This document shows, one piece after another, positions 1-9,924 of a DNA stretch of 64,000 bases. The notes beneath the pieces were generated by a model, which searched no databases, was not told where the DNA came from, and worked only from the letters and a program-made list of their open reading frames with translations. Each line of letters begins with the position of its first letter. The stretch's first letter is position 1. The position numbers were made by a program, and so were the translations under genes. The DNA is taken from positions 352,001-416,000 of the forward strand of contig CAVOUE010000003.1 of assembly GCA_963699545.1 (NCBI GenBank), read 5' to 3'. Source of the DNA: Nitrospirota bacterium (GTDB taxonomy: Bacteria > Nitrospirota > Thermodesulfovibrionia > Thermodesulfovibrionales > UBA9159).

Positions 1-1
1 A

Positions 2-661
2 ATGGTGATGAAGCAACCGGATCTCGGCACTGCGGTGATTCTCCTGCTCGTTTTTTTCTCGGTCGTTTCCACAAGGGGGTTACAGAAGAAAGTCGTTGCA
101 CTGATTCTTCTCATCGGTCTCATCTCTGTTCCCTTCCTCGGCAATATACTCTGGGAGGGCCTTAAGGACTATCAGAAGAACAGGCTTGTTGCCTTTCTGG
201 AGCCGGACGTTGACCCGGCCGGCATCGGGTATCACATAAATCAGTCGAAGGTCGCCATAGGCTCGGGCCATTTGGTGGGCAAAGGGTATTTGAAGGGGAC
301 CCAGGGGCCTTTCCGGTTCCTCCCGGAAAAGCACACCGATTTCATATTCGCGGTCTTTGCCGAAGAATGGGGCTTTATGGGGAGCGTCATGCTTCTGGTC
401 CTGTACCTTGCGTTGATTCTCCGGGGGCTCGACACCGCCAGGAAGGCAAAGGATGAATTCGGGCGTTTCCTTGCGATCGGTATTTCCTTCATGTTCGCCA
501 TTTATTTTTTCGTCAACATCGGCATGACCCTCGGCATTATGCCCGTTGTCGGCGTGCCCCTTCCTTTTATGAGTTACGGAGGCACCTCGCTCCTTGCCAA
601 TTTCATTGCCGCGGGGATGCTCATCAGCATACGGACAAGGCGGTTTGAACTGTTCTATTAG
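2..661 (+). CDS. rodA: Rod shape-determining SEDS protein RodA (5'-truncated by window edge)
   Basis: QPDLGT, GYHINQSKVAIGSG, PEKHTDFIF and GVPLPFMSYGG SEDS motifs. Confidence 0.93.
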   Translation: MVMKQPDLGTAVILLLVFFSVVSTRGLQKKVVALILLIGLISVPFLGNILWEGLKDYQKNRLVAFLEPDVDPAGIGYHINQSKVAIGSGHLVGKGYLKGTQGPFRFLPEKHTDFIFAVFAEEWGFMGSVMLLVLYLALILRGLDTARKAKDEFGRFLAIGISFMFAIYFFVNIGMTLGIMPVVGVPLPFMSYGGTSLLANFIAAGMLISIRTRRFELFY

Positions 662-710
662 TAGAAACTGGGGATTTTTTGCCGTTGTTAAATTATGGTG
701 AAAATAAATA

Positions 711-755
711 GGAGAGCTGAAAATGATCGAACTCGTGACCTCTTTAATGCCGTTC
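711..755 (-). pseudogene. Degenerate 3'-half fragment of tRNA-Ala(GGC)
   Basis: Reverse complement gaacggcattaaagaggtcacgagttcgatcattttcagctctcc matches the tRNA at 3430-3505 at 34 of 45 positions by manual alignment. Confidence 0.6.
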
Positions 756-818
756 TCGAGCTGAATACTGAGGGAAGCGGCTAAAAATACGAGAAAACAA
801 AGTCACTATTCCTGTTCT

Positions 819-1113
819 CTATGCCTTTCGTGTTTCGATCTTAATAACTATCTGTGCATCAAGCGCGTCGCGATCTTCTTCAGTGTCGAAAGTTTGGGCA
901 GCCCGTGGGTGAGGCCCTCGATCCGTGGAGATCGTCGACTGGGGCATGCCGGCCTTTTTCGCCACCTGCTCCTGGGTCATCTTTTTCCTCTGCCGCTGTT
1001 CGATGATGCTCTTTGCCAAGCTCGTATTCGGGGAGGAGCTTTTCATACTCCTTCCTGACGTTTTTGTTCTTCAGAAGTTCTTTTACGTGTTCCTCGTAAG
1101 TATTCTTTTTCAT
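819..1113 (-). CDS. XRE/HigA-like HTH antitoxin (split by frameshifts, probably sequencing errors)
   Basis: Joined frames give MKKNTYEEHVKELL...EYELAKSIIEQRQRKKMTQEQVAKKAGMPQSTIS...; directly downstream of a RelE-like toxin. Confidence 0.8.
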
Positions 1114-1114
1114 A

Positions 1115-1468
1115 TTACACCTCCCTCGAAAGGTAATCCTTCATCCTTTCTTCGGCTGTTTCAATCTCCCGTTGCGGGGTCTTGTCCGTCTTCTTTGTAA
1201 ATCCGTGCAGGAGTATGAACTTTTTTCCCGTATGGGTGAAGTAGAGTATCCTGCTGATTCCTGTCTTGTCCTTGATCCGTATCTCAAACAGCTTCTTGCG
1301 ACCGGTAAGCTGTTTCACATACGGTTCCTTTACCAGAACCCCGTATTCCGTGAGCAGTCTGGTAATGAAGATATACTTTGCCTGACCTTCAGGCGAAAGA
1401 CCATCGACAAATTCCCTGACAGGGCATCTACCGTCAGCCGTCACATAGTATTCGATGGCCCAGTGCAT
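1115..1468 (-). CDS. RelE/HigB-family (Gp49-like) toxin
   Basis: WAIEYY...CPVREF, LFEIRIK, RILYF, ILLHGFTKKTDKTP motifs; toxin-first gene order. Confidence 0.88.
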   Translation of the reverse strand: MHWAIEYYVTADGRCPVREFVDGLSPEGQAKYIFITRLLTEYGVLVKEPYVKQLTGRKKLFEIRIKDKTGISRILYFTHTGKKFILLHGFTKKTDKTPQREIETAEERMKDYLSREV

Positions 1469-1477
1469 GTTTTATTA

Positions 1478-1495
1478 TATAGCACTGATGCTATA
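1478..1495. promoter_or_regulatory. Inverted repeat, likely autoregulatory operator of the toxin-antitoxin operon
   Basis: tatagca-ctga-tgctata about 10 bp upstream of the toxin start. Confidence 0.55.
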
Positions 1496-1815
1496 AAGGC
1501 AAGGGCACTCTTTACGACGAACAAGACAGTCACAATATGCACGATCTAATGGGGAGTGGTATCCCTATGCGTTCAGCAATCAATGGCATCGTCGCGCCGA
1601 ACTTCTATGTCTTGCAACACCCCTGTGGTTTGGTCTGTCCCACCTGCAAGGGATTGAAAAAGATTATTGTTGATTGTTGTCCCTATTATCAGGGAGATTT
1701 TGAATAACATGATGAAGCATTAATCTATTGTGAATTTTGTTACTCCCTTGCATTACCATTTTGAAGTATGAGAAAATGACCATAACAGACAACATAAAAT
1801 TCATAATTAGAAAAC

Positions 1816-2427
1816 ATGAACATGAGTCTTTTTAAAAAACTGTTCAGTAGGACTAAACCTGAAACGCACTTGTCGCCAATGGCTGAAACTGCAACGAGCA
1901 TTGTAAAAGCAATTATAAGTGCATCATATTCTTGTTACGAAACTCTAAATCCAATGTTGCGTGTTGCAAGCGAAAAGGAAAACCCTTCTGCTGAAATTTA
2001 TGGCTACTTTGAGTACATCTATTTTTTTACTCATATTGTGATGAGATTTGCAAATGCAGAGTTGTCTTCTTATCAATTTGAGAGACTCAAGACTTTGGTA
2101 CTGCCTGTTATAAGTGAAACTGCAATTGACACCTTTAGATGGGATAACTTGCCATCGGACTACAAGCCAAAAATGGTAGATGAATTTGACCAACATTTTG
2201 AGAAAACAAATCAAGAATATTTGATGTGTGCAGAATGGTTGCCATCCCAGGGGTTGTCAGATAATAGTTCCATCTTCTCAAAAGTCATTAAGAATATATT
2301 TGATGTGTATGGTTATCCCCCCAATCATGCATTAATGAATATTGCCACAGGCATCGTGTCAAATGAACTATTCAAAATGAACATTCAGGCTTTAATATCG
2401 CAAATAAAACGGCAAGAGAAACTATAG
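1816..2427 (+). CDS. Hypothetical protein (AT-rich islet)
   Basis: 203-aa ORF, co-oriented with the next gene, 6-bp gap. Confidence 0.7.
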   Translation: MNMSLFKKLFSRTKPETHLSPMAETATSIVKAIISASYSCYETLNPMLRVASEKENPSAEIYGYFEYIYFFTHIVMRFANAELSSYQFERLKTLVLPVISETAIDTFRWDNLPSDYKPKMVDEFDQHFEKTNQEYLMCAEWLPSQGLSDNSSIFSKVIKNIFDVYGYPPNHALMNIATGIVSNELFKMNIQALISQIKRQEKL

Positions 2428-2433
2428 TCATAA

Positions 2434-3165
2434 ATGGAAAAAGAGTATAAGAAATGTTTTGTTGCTGTGCTTGATATTTTGGGATTTGAGGAACGCATTA
2501 AGAAAATCCGTGACGCTTCTCGCATACTTTACGACCTGCAACAGTTGAAAAAACTTTACGGGATAATGACAGATAAAGGACGACATGGGGTAAAAGGATT
2601 AATTATGTCAGACACCCTACTGCTATATTCAGAGCAAGATGACTTTGAGAGCTTCAAACTATTGATAGGGGTTGTTGCAGAGACTATTTGCGATGGTATG
2701 GGGTTAAGTACCACAAACATAGCCACACCATTCACACGCATGTTATTTAGGGGTGCAATATCTTACGGTGACTTTTGTATTGATGAGACGGAAACCCTAT
2801 TTTTTGGACCTGCATTCATCGATGCTTATCATTGGGAGAAGAAACAGGAATGGATAGGTGCTATATTAACGCCTGCCTGTGTTGACTTTATAAGGACAAA
2901 AAAGTTTATTGTCCAGAATCTATTAGTTGAATATGATGCACCGATAAAAACGACACCTATTGTGGATAGGGAATGCAAGAGTGATATTCATTCTCAAGTA
3001 TCCTTGTGTGTTTGTTGGGCAAATTGTTTTGCTTATAGAACACACACAAATTTGAAGCATATTACAATAGAAGAAAAATTTAAGCAAAAATGGGAATACA
3101 CAGAAAAGTTTTTTGAATACTGTCGGAAGAAATCGATGGATGATGAGAAAATTAAAGACAAATAA
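2434..3165 (+). CDS. Class III nucleotidyl-cyclase-like domain protein
   Basis: FVAVLDILGF, MSDT, FRGAISYG and FGPAFIDAYHWE motifs resemble the adenylate/guanylate cyclase fold. Confidence 0.6.
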   Translation: MEKEYKKCFVAVLDILGFEERIKKIRDASRILYDLQQLKKLYGIMTDKGRHGVKGLIMSDTLLLYSEQDDFESFKLLIGVVAETICDGMGLSTTNIATPFTRMLFRGAISYGDFCIDETETLFFGPAFIDAYHWEKKQEWIGAILTPACVDFIRTKKFIVQNLLVEYDAPIKTTPIVDRECKSDIHSQVSLCVCWANCFAYRTHTNLKHITIEEKFKQKWEYTEKFFEYCRKKSMDDEKIKDK

Positions 3166-3335
3166 AGAAGAAGAGATTTCCACCTTTGAGAATATCACCT
3201 TAGAGCAGACACACACCACAGCCTTGACAGGAACCAACCAGACAAAAACCAGACAATTACCCAATTTAAAACATTTGGGCTTATTGTTGCAAATCCTCAA
3301 AGTATGTTATTTTATATAGCATTGTAGTTCAGAGA

Positions 3336-3414
3336 GGGGCTGTAGCTCAGTTGGTCGGTACGACTCGTGCCGAGGAGAGCGGTCGATGCGACAGGTCGCC
3401 GGTTCTCTTCCGGT
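3336..3414 (+). pseudogene. tRNA-Ala-like remnant 1 with palindromic insertion and replacement
   Basis: ggggctgtagctcagttg [gtcggtacgactcgtgccga] ggagagcg [gtcgatgcgac] aggtc gccgg-ttctctt-ccggt; lacks the 3' acceptor strand. Confidence 0.75.
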
Positions 3415-3429
3415 GTAGAACATCAGTTT

Positions 3430-3505
<76 letters not shown>

Positions 3506-3516
3506 GACGATTGACC

Positions 3517-3762
3517 ATGCCTTTCTATGTTTATGTCCTCAGGAGTGAGAAAAGCGGCAGATCTTATATCGGCCATACTGCCGATCTCCCGAAGCGACTT
3601 GTCGAGCACAATATCGGAAAGAGCAAAGCCACAAAAGGGAAGGGACCATGGCGGCTTGTATATCGGGAGGAATTCGAGACCCGATCGAGGGCGTCTTATC
3701 GGGAACGGCATTTCAAATCAGTCAGCGGCAGGATGGAGCTAAAGAATAAGGGGATTCTCTAA
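3517..3762 (+). CDS. Small stand-alone GIY-YIG nuclease (UPF0213/SLX1-like)
   Basis: FYVYVLRS...SYIGHT, RLVEHN, PWRLVYREEF, ERHFKS motifs; 81 aa. Confidence 0.9.
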   Translation: MPFYVYVLRSEKSGRSYIGHTADLPKRLVEHNIGKSKATKGKGPWRLVYREEFETRSRASYRERHFKSVSGRMELKNKGIL

Positions 3763-3810
3763 GGAGAGCGGTCGTATCGACAGGTCGGTCGCATCGACTC
3801 AGCTCCACCA
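3763..3810 (+). pseudogene. tRNA-Ala-like remnant 2 with anticodon and T arms replaced by 11-bp palindromes
   Basis: ggagagcg [gtcgtatcgac] aggtcg [gtcgcatcgac] tcagctccacca, starting immediately after the nuclease stop codon. Confidence 0.75.
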
Positions 3811-3950
3811 TGTATCCCAGTCTTTGTTACGCTTTATGCCCTCAAAGGAACCGATTCTGTCTTGCGCCGGAGAGGGACACAGTTTTCCTGCGAAGTATTA
3901 TGGCTGAATAACCCTTCAGTGGCCGTGATCCACTGCTGGTATCAAAAACC

Positions 3951-4142
3951 TTATTTGACCGCGACCAGAGCAAGTCCCAGTTTTTTCTCCAGATCCCTTA
4001 ACTGGGCTATCTCATCGTCTTTCAGGGGAGTGATACCAATATCCTTGCATGAAAAAGCGACGACGGTTTTCCCCATCTTCTTCTCCAGTGACTGGACCGC
4101 TTTGAGCTTCTCTCCGTCAAGCTGCGCAAACGTGCATAACAT
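3951..4142 (-). CDS. Small hypothetical protein with an internal tandem repeat
   Basis: AAGGAGG RBS before the ATG at 4142; two LEKK(M/L)G..(V/L)VA repeats. Confidence 0.7.
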   Translation of the reverse strand: MLCTFAQLDGEKLKAVQSLEKKMGKTVVAFSCKDIGITPLKDDEIAQLRDLEKKLGLALVAVK

Positions 4143-4244
4143 AGCTGCCTCCTTTTCTCTCAGCATAGTTGACACGGAGCAGGTTGTCAAGGTCCGTATG
4201 CGCACCCCCTTTGTCTCTCCTTGCCCCTTCGATTATAATAGTCC

Positions 4245-4844
4245 ATGTCCGCAGGAGAGGAAAAGGTGTGGGAAACCCTCGCAAGCCTCGACCCGGGTGA
4301 AGTGTGCAGGAGGACGGATTCGACCTTTGACGCGGCGTCAGGTCTCTACATGCTGAAATCCTTCGGCAGAGATTTTTCCGTTTTACCCGGGGAGAAGAAG
4401 ATATTCAGCCATTCACCTGACGGCGAGATCTTTTTGCAGAGACTTGGCTATTTTTTCAGACTCTCGGTCGTCGGGTATCTTGCCATTGCCAGGGACGTTT
4501 CTCCCACAGGACGCATTGTTACCCCGGTGAACATGAAAAGCGGACAGCTCTTTTTCAGGGGGTCACATGTTCTTCCCCTTGACAGGGTGGCTGATAGGTA
4601 CGGCAATGACAGGGAGGCGTTTCTGAAGAGAGGCAACGAACTGGGCGGGGAAAGGCTCGGGTACGGCGACGCTTCGGTAAAACTCCTGCCGCTTCCGCGT
4701 GTTGCCGTGGTCGCGATCCTCTGGACAGCGGACGATGAATTCCAGGCCAGGGCCGATCTCCTGTTCGATTCCTCCTGCGAGATCCAGTTGCCCATTGATG
4801 TTGTCTGGTCCATCGCGATGCTCAGCACGCTGGTGATGGTTTAA
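4245..4844 (+). CDS. DUF3786-like protein
   Basis: FFRGSH, LPRVAVVAILWTADDEF, LLFDSS motifs. Confidence 0.75.
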   Translation: MSAGEEKVWETLASLDPGEVCRRTDSTFDAASGLYMLKSFGRDFSVLPGEKKIFSHSPDGEIFLQRLGYFFRLSVVGYLAIARDVSPTGRIVTPVNMKSGQLFFRGSHVLPLDRVADRYGNDREAFLKRGNELGGERLGYGDASVKLLPLPRVAVVAILWTADDEFQARADLLFDSSCEIQLPIDVVWSIAMLSTLVMV

Positions 4845-4885
4845 AGCCGCACTCTTTTTGATGCAGGAGCCGGCATGAGCGCCCC

Positions 4886-5716
4886 TTGACAGGAATCTTC
4901 CCTGAAGGTTTTAATAGAAAGGTGGATTTGACCGATCTCAGCGCCAGGAAACCCCTGCTTACCCTGCTTCGGGTGCAATGCATCGTCTTCCTCCTTGTGC
5001 TCCTTGTTGCGTCCTGTTCTTCAAAGAAAGTGGTGAAGACTGACGAGACCTTTGACCCTGAGAGATCTCTTGCCAGAGGAACAGAACTCATTGAAAAGAA
5101 GGAGTACGAAGAGGCGCGCAAGGTGCTTCTCGAGGTGAAGAACAGGGACCTCACGAAGAAACATGCTCCCCTTGCACAACTGAAGATCGCGGATTCGTAC
5201 GTGAGGGAAGAAGAGTACGATGCAGGTATTGAAGAGTACCGGAAGTTCCTCGAGATGTACCCTGACCATAAGAATGCGTCCTATGCCCAGTATCAGATAG
5301 CCATGGCGTCTTTCGTCCAGATAGAAAGCCCCGAGAGGGGCTATGGCGCTGCAGCGAAGGCCTTGAATGAGTTCGAGAAGCTGAAACGGATGTTCCCCCG
5401 GAATCCATACAGGGAGATGATCGAGCTCAGGATCGAGAAATGCAGGAACACCATGGCAGACTATGAGTTCCTTGTCGCCGAATTTTACTTCAAGAAGAGT
5501 TCCTACACTGCTGCAGCGGGGAGGTTCCAGCAGCTTCTCACCAAGTTCCCCGATTACAAGAAAGGGCCCCTGGTCCTTTACCGTATCGCTTTCTGTTATA
5601 AGAAGCTCGGCAACAAGGATAAGGCCCTGGAATACTATACCCGCCTCATCGAAAAATACCCCAATGACAACGTCATTAAAGAAGCCAAGAAAGAGTTCGC
5701 CTCCTACAGTAAATAG
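4886..5716 (+). CDS. bamD: Outer membrane protein assembly lipoprotein BamD
   Basis: Lipobox LVASC, TPR repeats, YPDHKNASYAQY, FPRNPY; true start may be downstream. Confidence 0.85.
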   Translation: MTGIFPEGFNRKVDLTDLSARKPLLTLLRVQCIVFLLVLLVASCSSKKVVKTDETFDPERSLARGTELIEKKEYEEARKVLLEVKNRDLTKKHAPLAQLKIADSYVREEEYDAGIEEYRKFLEMYPDHKNASYAQYQIAMASFVQIESPERGYGAAAKALNEFEKLKRMFPRNPYREMIELRIEKCRNTMADYEFLVAEFYFKKSSYTAAAGRFQQLLTKFPDYKKGPLVLYRIAFCYKKLGNKDKALEYYTRLIEKYPNDNVIKEAKKEFASYSK

Positions 5717-6353
5717 GGAATATTATCCTGCCTTTCTGAACATCGCCGGCCGGCAGTGCGTGATCATCGGGGGGGGAAAGGTGGCGGAAAGAAAGTGTTC
5801 GGGCCTTCTCAGAGCCGGCGCACGGGTGACGGTCATAAGTCCCGGGATCACCCGGTCGCTTGAGCGGTCCAGGGAAAAGGGACTCCTGAACCATGTCAGG
5901 CGCCGCTACCGGAAAGGGGACCTGCGAGCCGCCTTCGCCGTCATTGTCGCTACAGATTCGGAGGCGACGAACCGGCAGGTGGTGACCGATGCTGCCGCGG
6001 CTGGCGTCCTAGTGAACGTTGCGGATAATCCCTCCCTGTGCACTTTCATAGCTCCTTCCGTCCTGACAAGAGGGCCTTTGACCATAGCCATTTCAACAGG
6101 TGGTGTCAGCCCGGCAATGGCGCGCACCATAAGAAGGGAACTTGGGCGGATGTACGGTGCTGAGTTTTCAGGATATCTGAGGTTCGTGAAAGGAATAAGG
6201 AGAAGGGCGCTGAGAGAGATGAGCGAGAAGAGGGAGCGGGAGCGATTCCTGAAGGGACTTGCGTCAGAAGAGATGATGGCCCTCCTGCGCCGGCAGGGGT
6301 TTCGGGAGGCAAGGAAGACCGCCATGAAACGGTGGCAGGACCTACGACGATAG
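5664..6353 (+). CDS. Precorrin-2 dehydrogenase/ferrochelatase (SirC/CysG N-terminal type)
   Basis: YYPAFL, IIGGGKVAERK, VNVADNP..CTFIAPS, IAISTGGVSP; start uncertain. Confidence 0.88.
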   Translation: MTTSLKKPRKSSPPTVNREYYPAFLNIAGRQCVIIGGGKVAERKCSGLLRAGARVTVISPGITRSLERSREKGLLNHVRRRYRKGDLRAAFAVIVATDSEATNRQVVTDAAAAGVLVNVADNPSLCTFIAPSVLTRGPLTIAISTGGVSPAMARTIRRELGRMYGAEFSGYLRFVKGIRRRALREMSEKRERERFLKGLASEEMMALLRRQGFREARKTAMKRWQDLRR

Positions 6354-6436
6354 CTTTGCAGAGGCCCGCTTTTTTTGCCGCTGAACAATGCCATGGCGAA
6401 GTGCAAAATCTTTTGCATGATGTATAATTAAAGAGT

Positions 6437-7189
6437 ATGCCAGATAAGAAGACCATAAGAATGACATCGAAGCTCGGTTCCGAGTTCGACTCAGAAGTGA
6501 TCGCAGGGAAAGAAAAATATCTTGTGCAGACAGAGGACTGCGGGGAGAAGAGACCTCTCATCATCACCCGCATATACTTTGGCGGGCAGATCTTGCTGAC
6601 GAGGAAGACCGACTACAGCGACATGCTCGATGCCTCTGACAGGGAAGCGAAGGTGCAGGAGCTTATGCAAAAACAGCACCGTCAGACTGTAAACTCTGTC
6701 AGGGGGGGTAAGTTTAAGAGGGCAAAGACCACTGCGGAGTACATTGAAGAGGCGAAAGAACTTCTGAAGGGCAAGAACAAGAGAAGCGCCCTCAGGGTGC
6801 TGAGCGACGCAGTGGAACATTACCCTGACGATCCGTTCATCCTCTCCTATCACGGTTGCCTTGATGCTATTGCCAACAAAAACTACAGGGAGGGAATCGA
6901 TGCATGTCTTCTGGCCATAGAGGTCTTGAAGAAGAAGGTGCCCTTCGGTGAGGATTCCTTGTTCCCTGTTTTTTATCTCAACCTTGGAAGAGCCTATCTT
7001 GCGTCAGGGAAAAGGAAGGAAGCCATGACTGCGTTTAACAAGGGGCTTGCCATTGACGCGCAGAACAAGGACATTCTGTGGGAGATCAGAAAGCTCGGCA
7101 TAAGGCAGAAGCCCGTCGTCCCTTTTTTGAAGAGATCAAATCCCATCAACCGTTACATCGGCATAATGCTCCACGCAATGAAGAAGTAG
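6437..7189 (+). CDS. TPR-containing protein
   Basis: FYLNLGRAYLASG...AFNKGLAID TPR pattern. Confidence 0.75.
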   Translation: MPDKKTIRMTSKLGSEFDSEVIAGKEKYLVQTEDCGEKRPLIITRIYFGGQILLTRKTDYSDMLDASDREAKVQELMQKQHRQTVNSVRGGKFKRAKTTAEYIEEAKELLKGKNKRSALRVLSDAVEHYPDDPFILSYHGCLDAIANKNYREGIDACLLAIEVLKKKVPFGEDSLFPVFYLNLGRAYLASGKRKEAMTAFNKGLAIDAQNKDILWEIRKLGIRQKPVVPFLKRSNPINRYIGIMLHAMKK

Positions 7190-7229
7190 TCTGCTAGATT
7201 GCCCCCCGGACATTTTCCCCCGCGCTTGT

Positions 7230-7775
7230 CTATTGAGACTGAGCCATCTGCTTCAGGAGTTCCGCGATCTTCCTTGCGATCAAATCCGGCAGGAGATCCC
7301 TGTTATCAAGGGTTACCTCATGGATTTCAATATCTTCCCTCTTTTTTATCCCCAGGAGAAAATCATCGCCGCCAAAGGTGATGGTGCCAACAACGATATT
7401 CGGAGAGTCAAGGGCATGGAGTGCGGCCTGTCTGAAGACTTCAGAAAAACATTCCATCTTGCCGATCTCATCAAGTATGATGACATTCCTGCTGACGGGA
7501 GTGATGGAGGGGACGGCAATGGTCTCGATGTTCTCAATGCTTACTCCATAGCGTCTTATATGGAATCGAGACCTTATGTCCTGATGGGCAAGGTGCCCCT
7601 TTCCGCCGTCAAGGGTCCTCATCAGAAAGCCAACCCTTCGTCCTTCTACTCTCTCCTCTTCTGTGTAAAATCCATTGGCGGGAAAACCGAGATCCTGGAT
7701 CACTTTCTTGATGACGGTCGTTTTCCCTGACGAAGGCGCGCCCGTCAGGAAGATATTTTTCTTTACTGGGCTCAT
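7230..7775 (-). CDS. THEP1-type nucleoside triphosphatase
   Basis: Walker A GAPSSGKT, GFYTEE, IILDEIGKME. Confidence 0.9.
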   Translation of the reverse strand: MSPVKKNIFLTGAPSSGKTTVIKKVIQDLGFPANGFYTEEERVEGRRVGFLMRTLDGGKGHLAHQDIRSRFHIRRYGVSIENIETIAVPSITPVSRNVIILDEIGKMECFSEVFRQAALHALDSPNIVVGTITFGGDDFLLGIKKREDIEIHEVTLDNRDLLPDLIARKIAELLKQMAQSQ

Positions 7776-8023
7776 AGGAATAATTGTAACCGAAGGAGGG
7801 GATGAAGAGAAGTGAGGAAAGACCCTCCCGCTCTCCCGCTGATCGAGCCGACCTCATACTATAGAATTTAGATAGAGTGAAAGTGAAAAGGGCAAGGGTC
7901 TACTTCGCTTGATGGGATCCTTTTAATAATGCAATTACTGAAGCTTAAGTGCTGAAAGTTGTCATAATTGAAATAGCAGTGCCCTGCGCATGCCTCCCCT
8001 GGGCTTGTCATATGGGCCATATC
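7745..8023. repeat. Intergenic repeat family, copy 1 (first 75 bp identical to 9925-9999)
   Basis: Direct comparison with 9925-10139, 11152-11198 and 13675-13776. Confidence 0.85.
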
Positions 8024-8046
8024 GCGACAGGAATCTTTAAGGGAAC

Positions 8047-8961
8047 TTAGGGTTGTGTAATCTTATTGATACGTTTAGACCGCTTATGCTCGTACATTGA
8101 TTTGTCTGCTTCTTGAAGAAGTACCTCAAGGGAACATGGGCTCTGGGGATCAAAGTGTGCTGAACCCATACTAATGGAGAGCACGTATCCTCTGCTTCTT
8201 GTTGAGTTTAGAGTTTCCAGGTCATTCTGCAATCGCGACGTAAGGACGTCGCTGCGTTATCCTGAAAATGTCCGTGCGGAGAGTACGACGAATTCGTCGC
8301 CGCCAACGCGGGCACTGATGTCAGCCTCTCGATAATTTTTCCTGAGGATATTCGCGATCTCTACTAACGCCTGATCGCCCTCAATATGACCATGCACATC
8401 ATTAATTTCCTTTAGGTCATCTAGATCAGCATAAAGGATATATATCCCTTTCTTGTTTCTTTTTGCTATCTTTAACTGGTGTTCAGCCAAAGCAAACAAT
8501 CCCCGACGGTTCAAGAGTCCTGTGAGGTCATCGGTAAGCAGAAGTCCACGGGTTTGTTCTTGACCTTCGGCATGCTTTATCCTTGCCAAGAGCTCTTTTA
8601 GCGTAAAAGGTTTCTTGATAAAGTCGGACGCTCCGGCTTCAATGGCTTTATCATAATTGAAATCATCGATATGTCCGGTCATGGTAATAACGATTATGTC
8701 AGGGCTAAGTTGCTTGACTGCTGCGGTAAGTTCAAGACCTGTCATGCCGGACAGTGCAATGTCTGTTATGACAATGTCGAAAGAGGTTTTGCCTAAAAGG
8801 TTGAGAGCCTCTTCGGCATTCGGGGCAGTCTCACAGTGATAACCGTTTATCGACAAACCTTCCGTGAGCACGTTGAGCATGATTTGATCATCTTCAACGA
8901 TCAGTATCGAGCTTATTTTATCCATTCCAGGGTCAGGAGTCACTGTCGGCTTCTTCAACAA
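8047..8961 (-). CDS. Receiver-GGDEF diguanylate cyclase (frameshift near 8260)
   Basis: REC domain (IVEDD, TDIAL, KKPF), TDDLTGLLNRR, RxxD I-site, GGDEF; C-terminus continues in ORF 8047..8232. Confidence 0.88.
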
Positions 8962-9026
8962 CTCCGTGGAAATTGAGCGAAGGGGGAGTGCCCCTTTTTT
9001 CGCTTGAGACTTTTACCTCGCTGGGT

Positions 9027-9843
9027 CTAGGCTTCAGCCTTGCGGTTGTGTGCCACCAAAGATTTGACCACTTCCCATCCGATCTTATTCATTTCAGCCA
9101 TTTTAGTGATTTCCTCTAACGCGGTCCTGTTGTCGTATGAGACAGCTCGGTAAGGCCTCGGGGAGATAAGAGCATCGTATACGTCACATACAACTATTAT
9201 CTCCACCATGCGGTCTGTGAGCTGTATCCCGCGGGGCATGCCTGAACCATCTTTCCTCTCGTGATGATCCCTCGCCACTATGGCGGCAATGTTCTTTTGG
9301 ATCCTTATGAAAATAGCTGAGAAGGACATATCCTGCAGTGGTATGATGATCTATGATGCTCTTTTCAGTCCTAGTGAGCGGGGTGACTTTTTTTAAGATA
9401 TGCAAAGGAATGCAGATTTTACCAATATCATGAGTAGGGCCAGTCGAAACTTCATTTATCCACTCCGGATAATCAGGCAACAGATCTCTGGCAATCAATG
9501 CAGAAAGAGCAAATACCATAAGGACGTGGCAATATGTATGGTAGTCGTTTCTCTTGAAATAATCCAGTGACTGCAAAACGGGAATGACGAGGTGAACCTT
9601 CTCCAGCATGGTCATGACTTCTGCAATTTTCTCCTGACCAGAGAAAATCAAATCGTATGGAGGTCTGCTTATTTGACGGAGCAGGTCATGTTTTACCATG
9701 CCATATTCGAGCAATGGATAGGTTTGATAAGATGTTGTCTTGCTTGAAGAGATCAAATCCTCTAACGTCTCCGTTGAAAGGACAGTGCCGGCCGGCAGCA
9801 ACAGTTGGTTATCCAATGTGTGAACAGGGTAATGGAGTCTCAT
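9027..9843 (-). CDS. HD-GYP-family phosphodiesterase (frameshift near 9310)
   Basis: HDIGK, HHERKDGSGMPRG, DVYDALISPRPYR across two frames. Confidence 0.85.
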
Positions 9844-9924
9844 AGCATCCTTAAAAGGTTTCCGGTTCTATATTAGGCAAATGCTCGACTTTTTTCAATA
9901 GCATGATGTCAAGAAGAAAGCATA

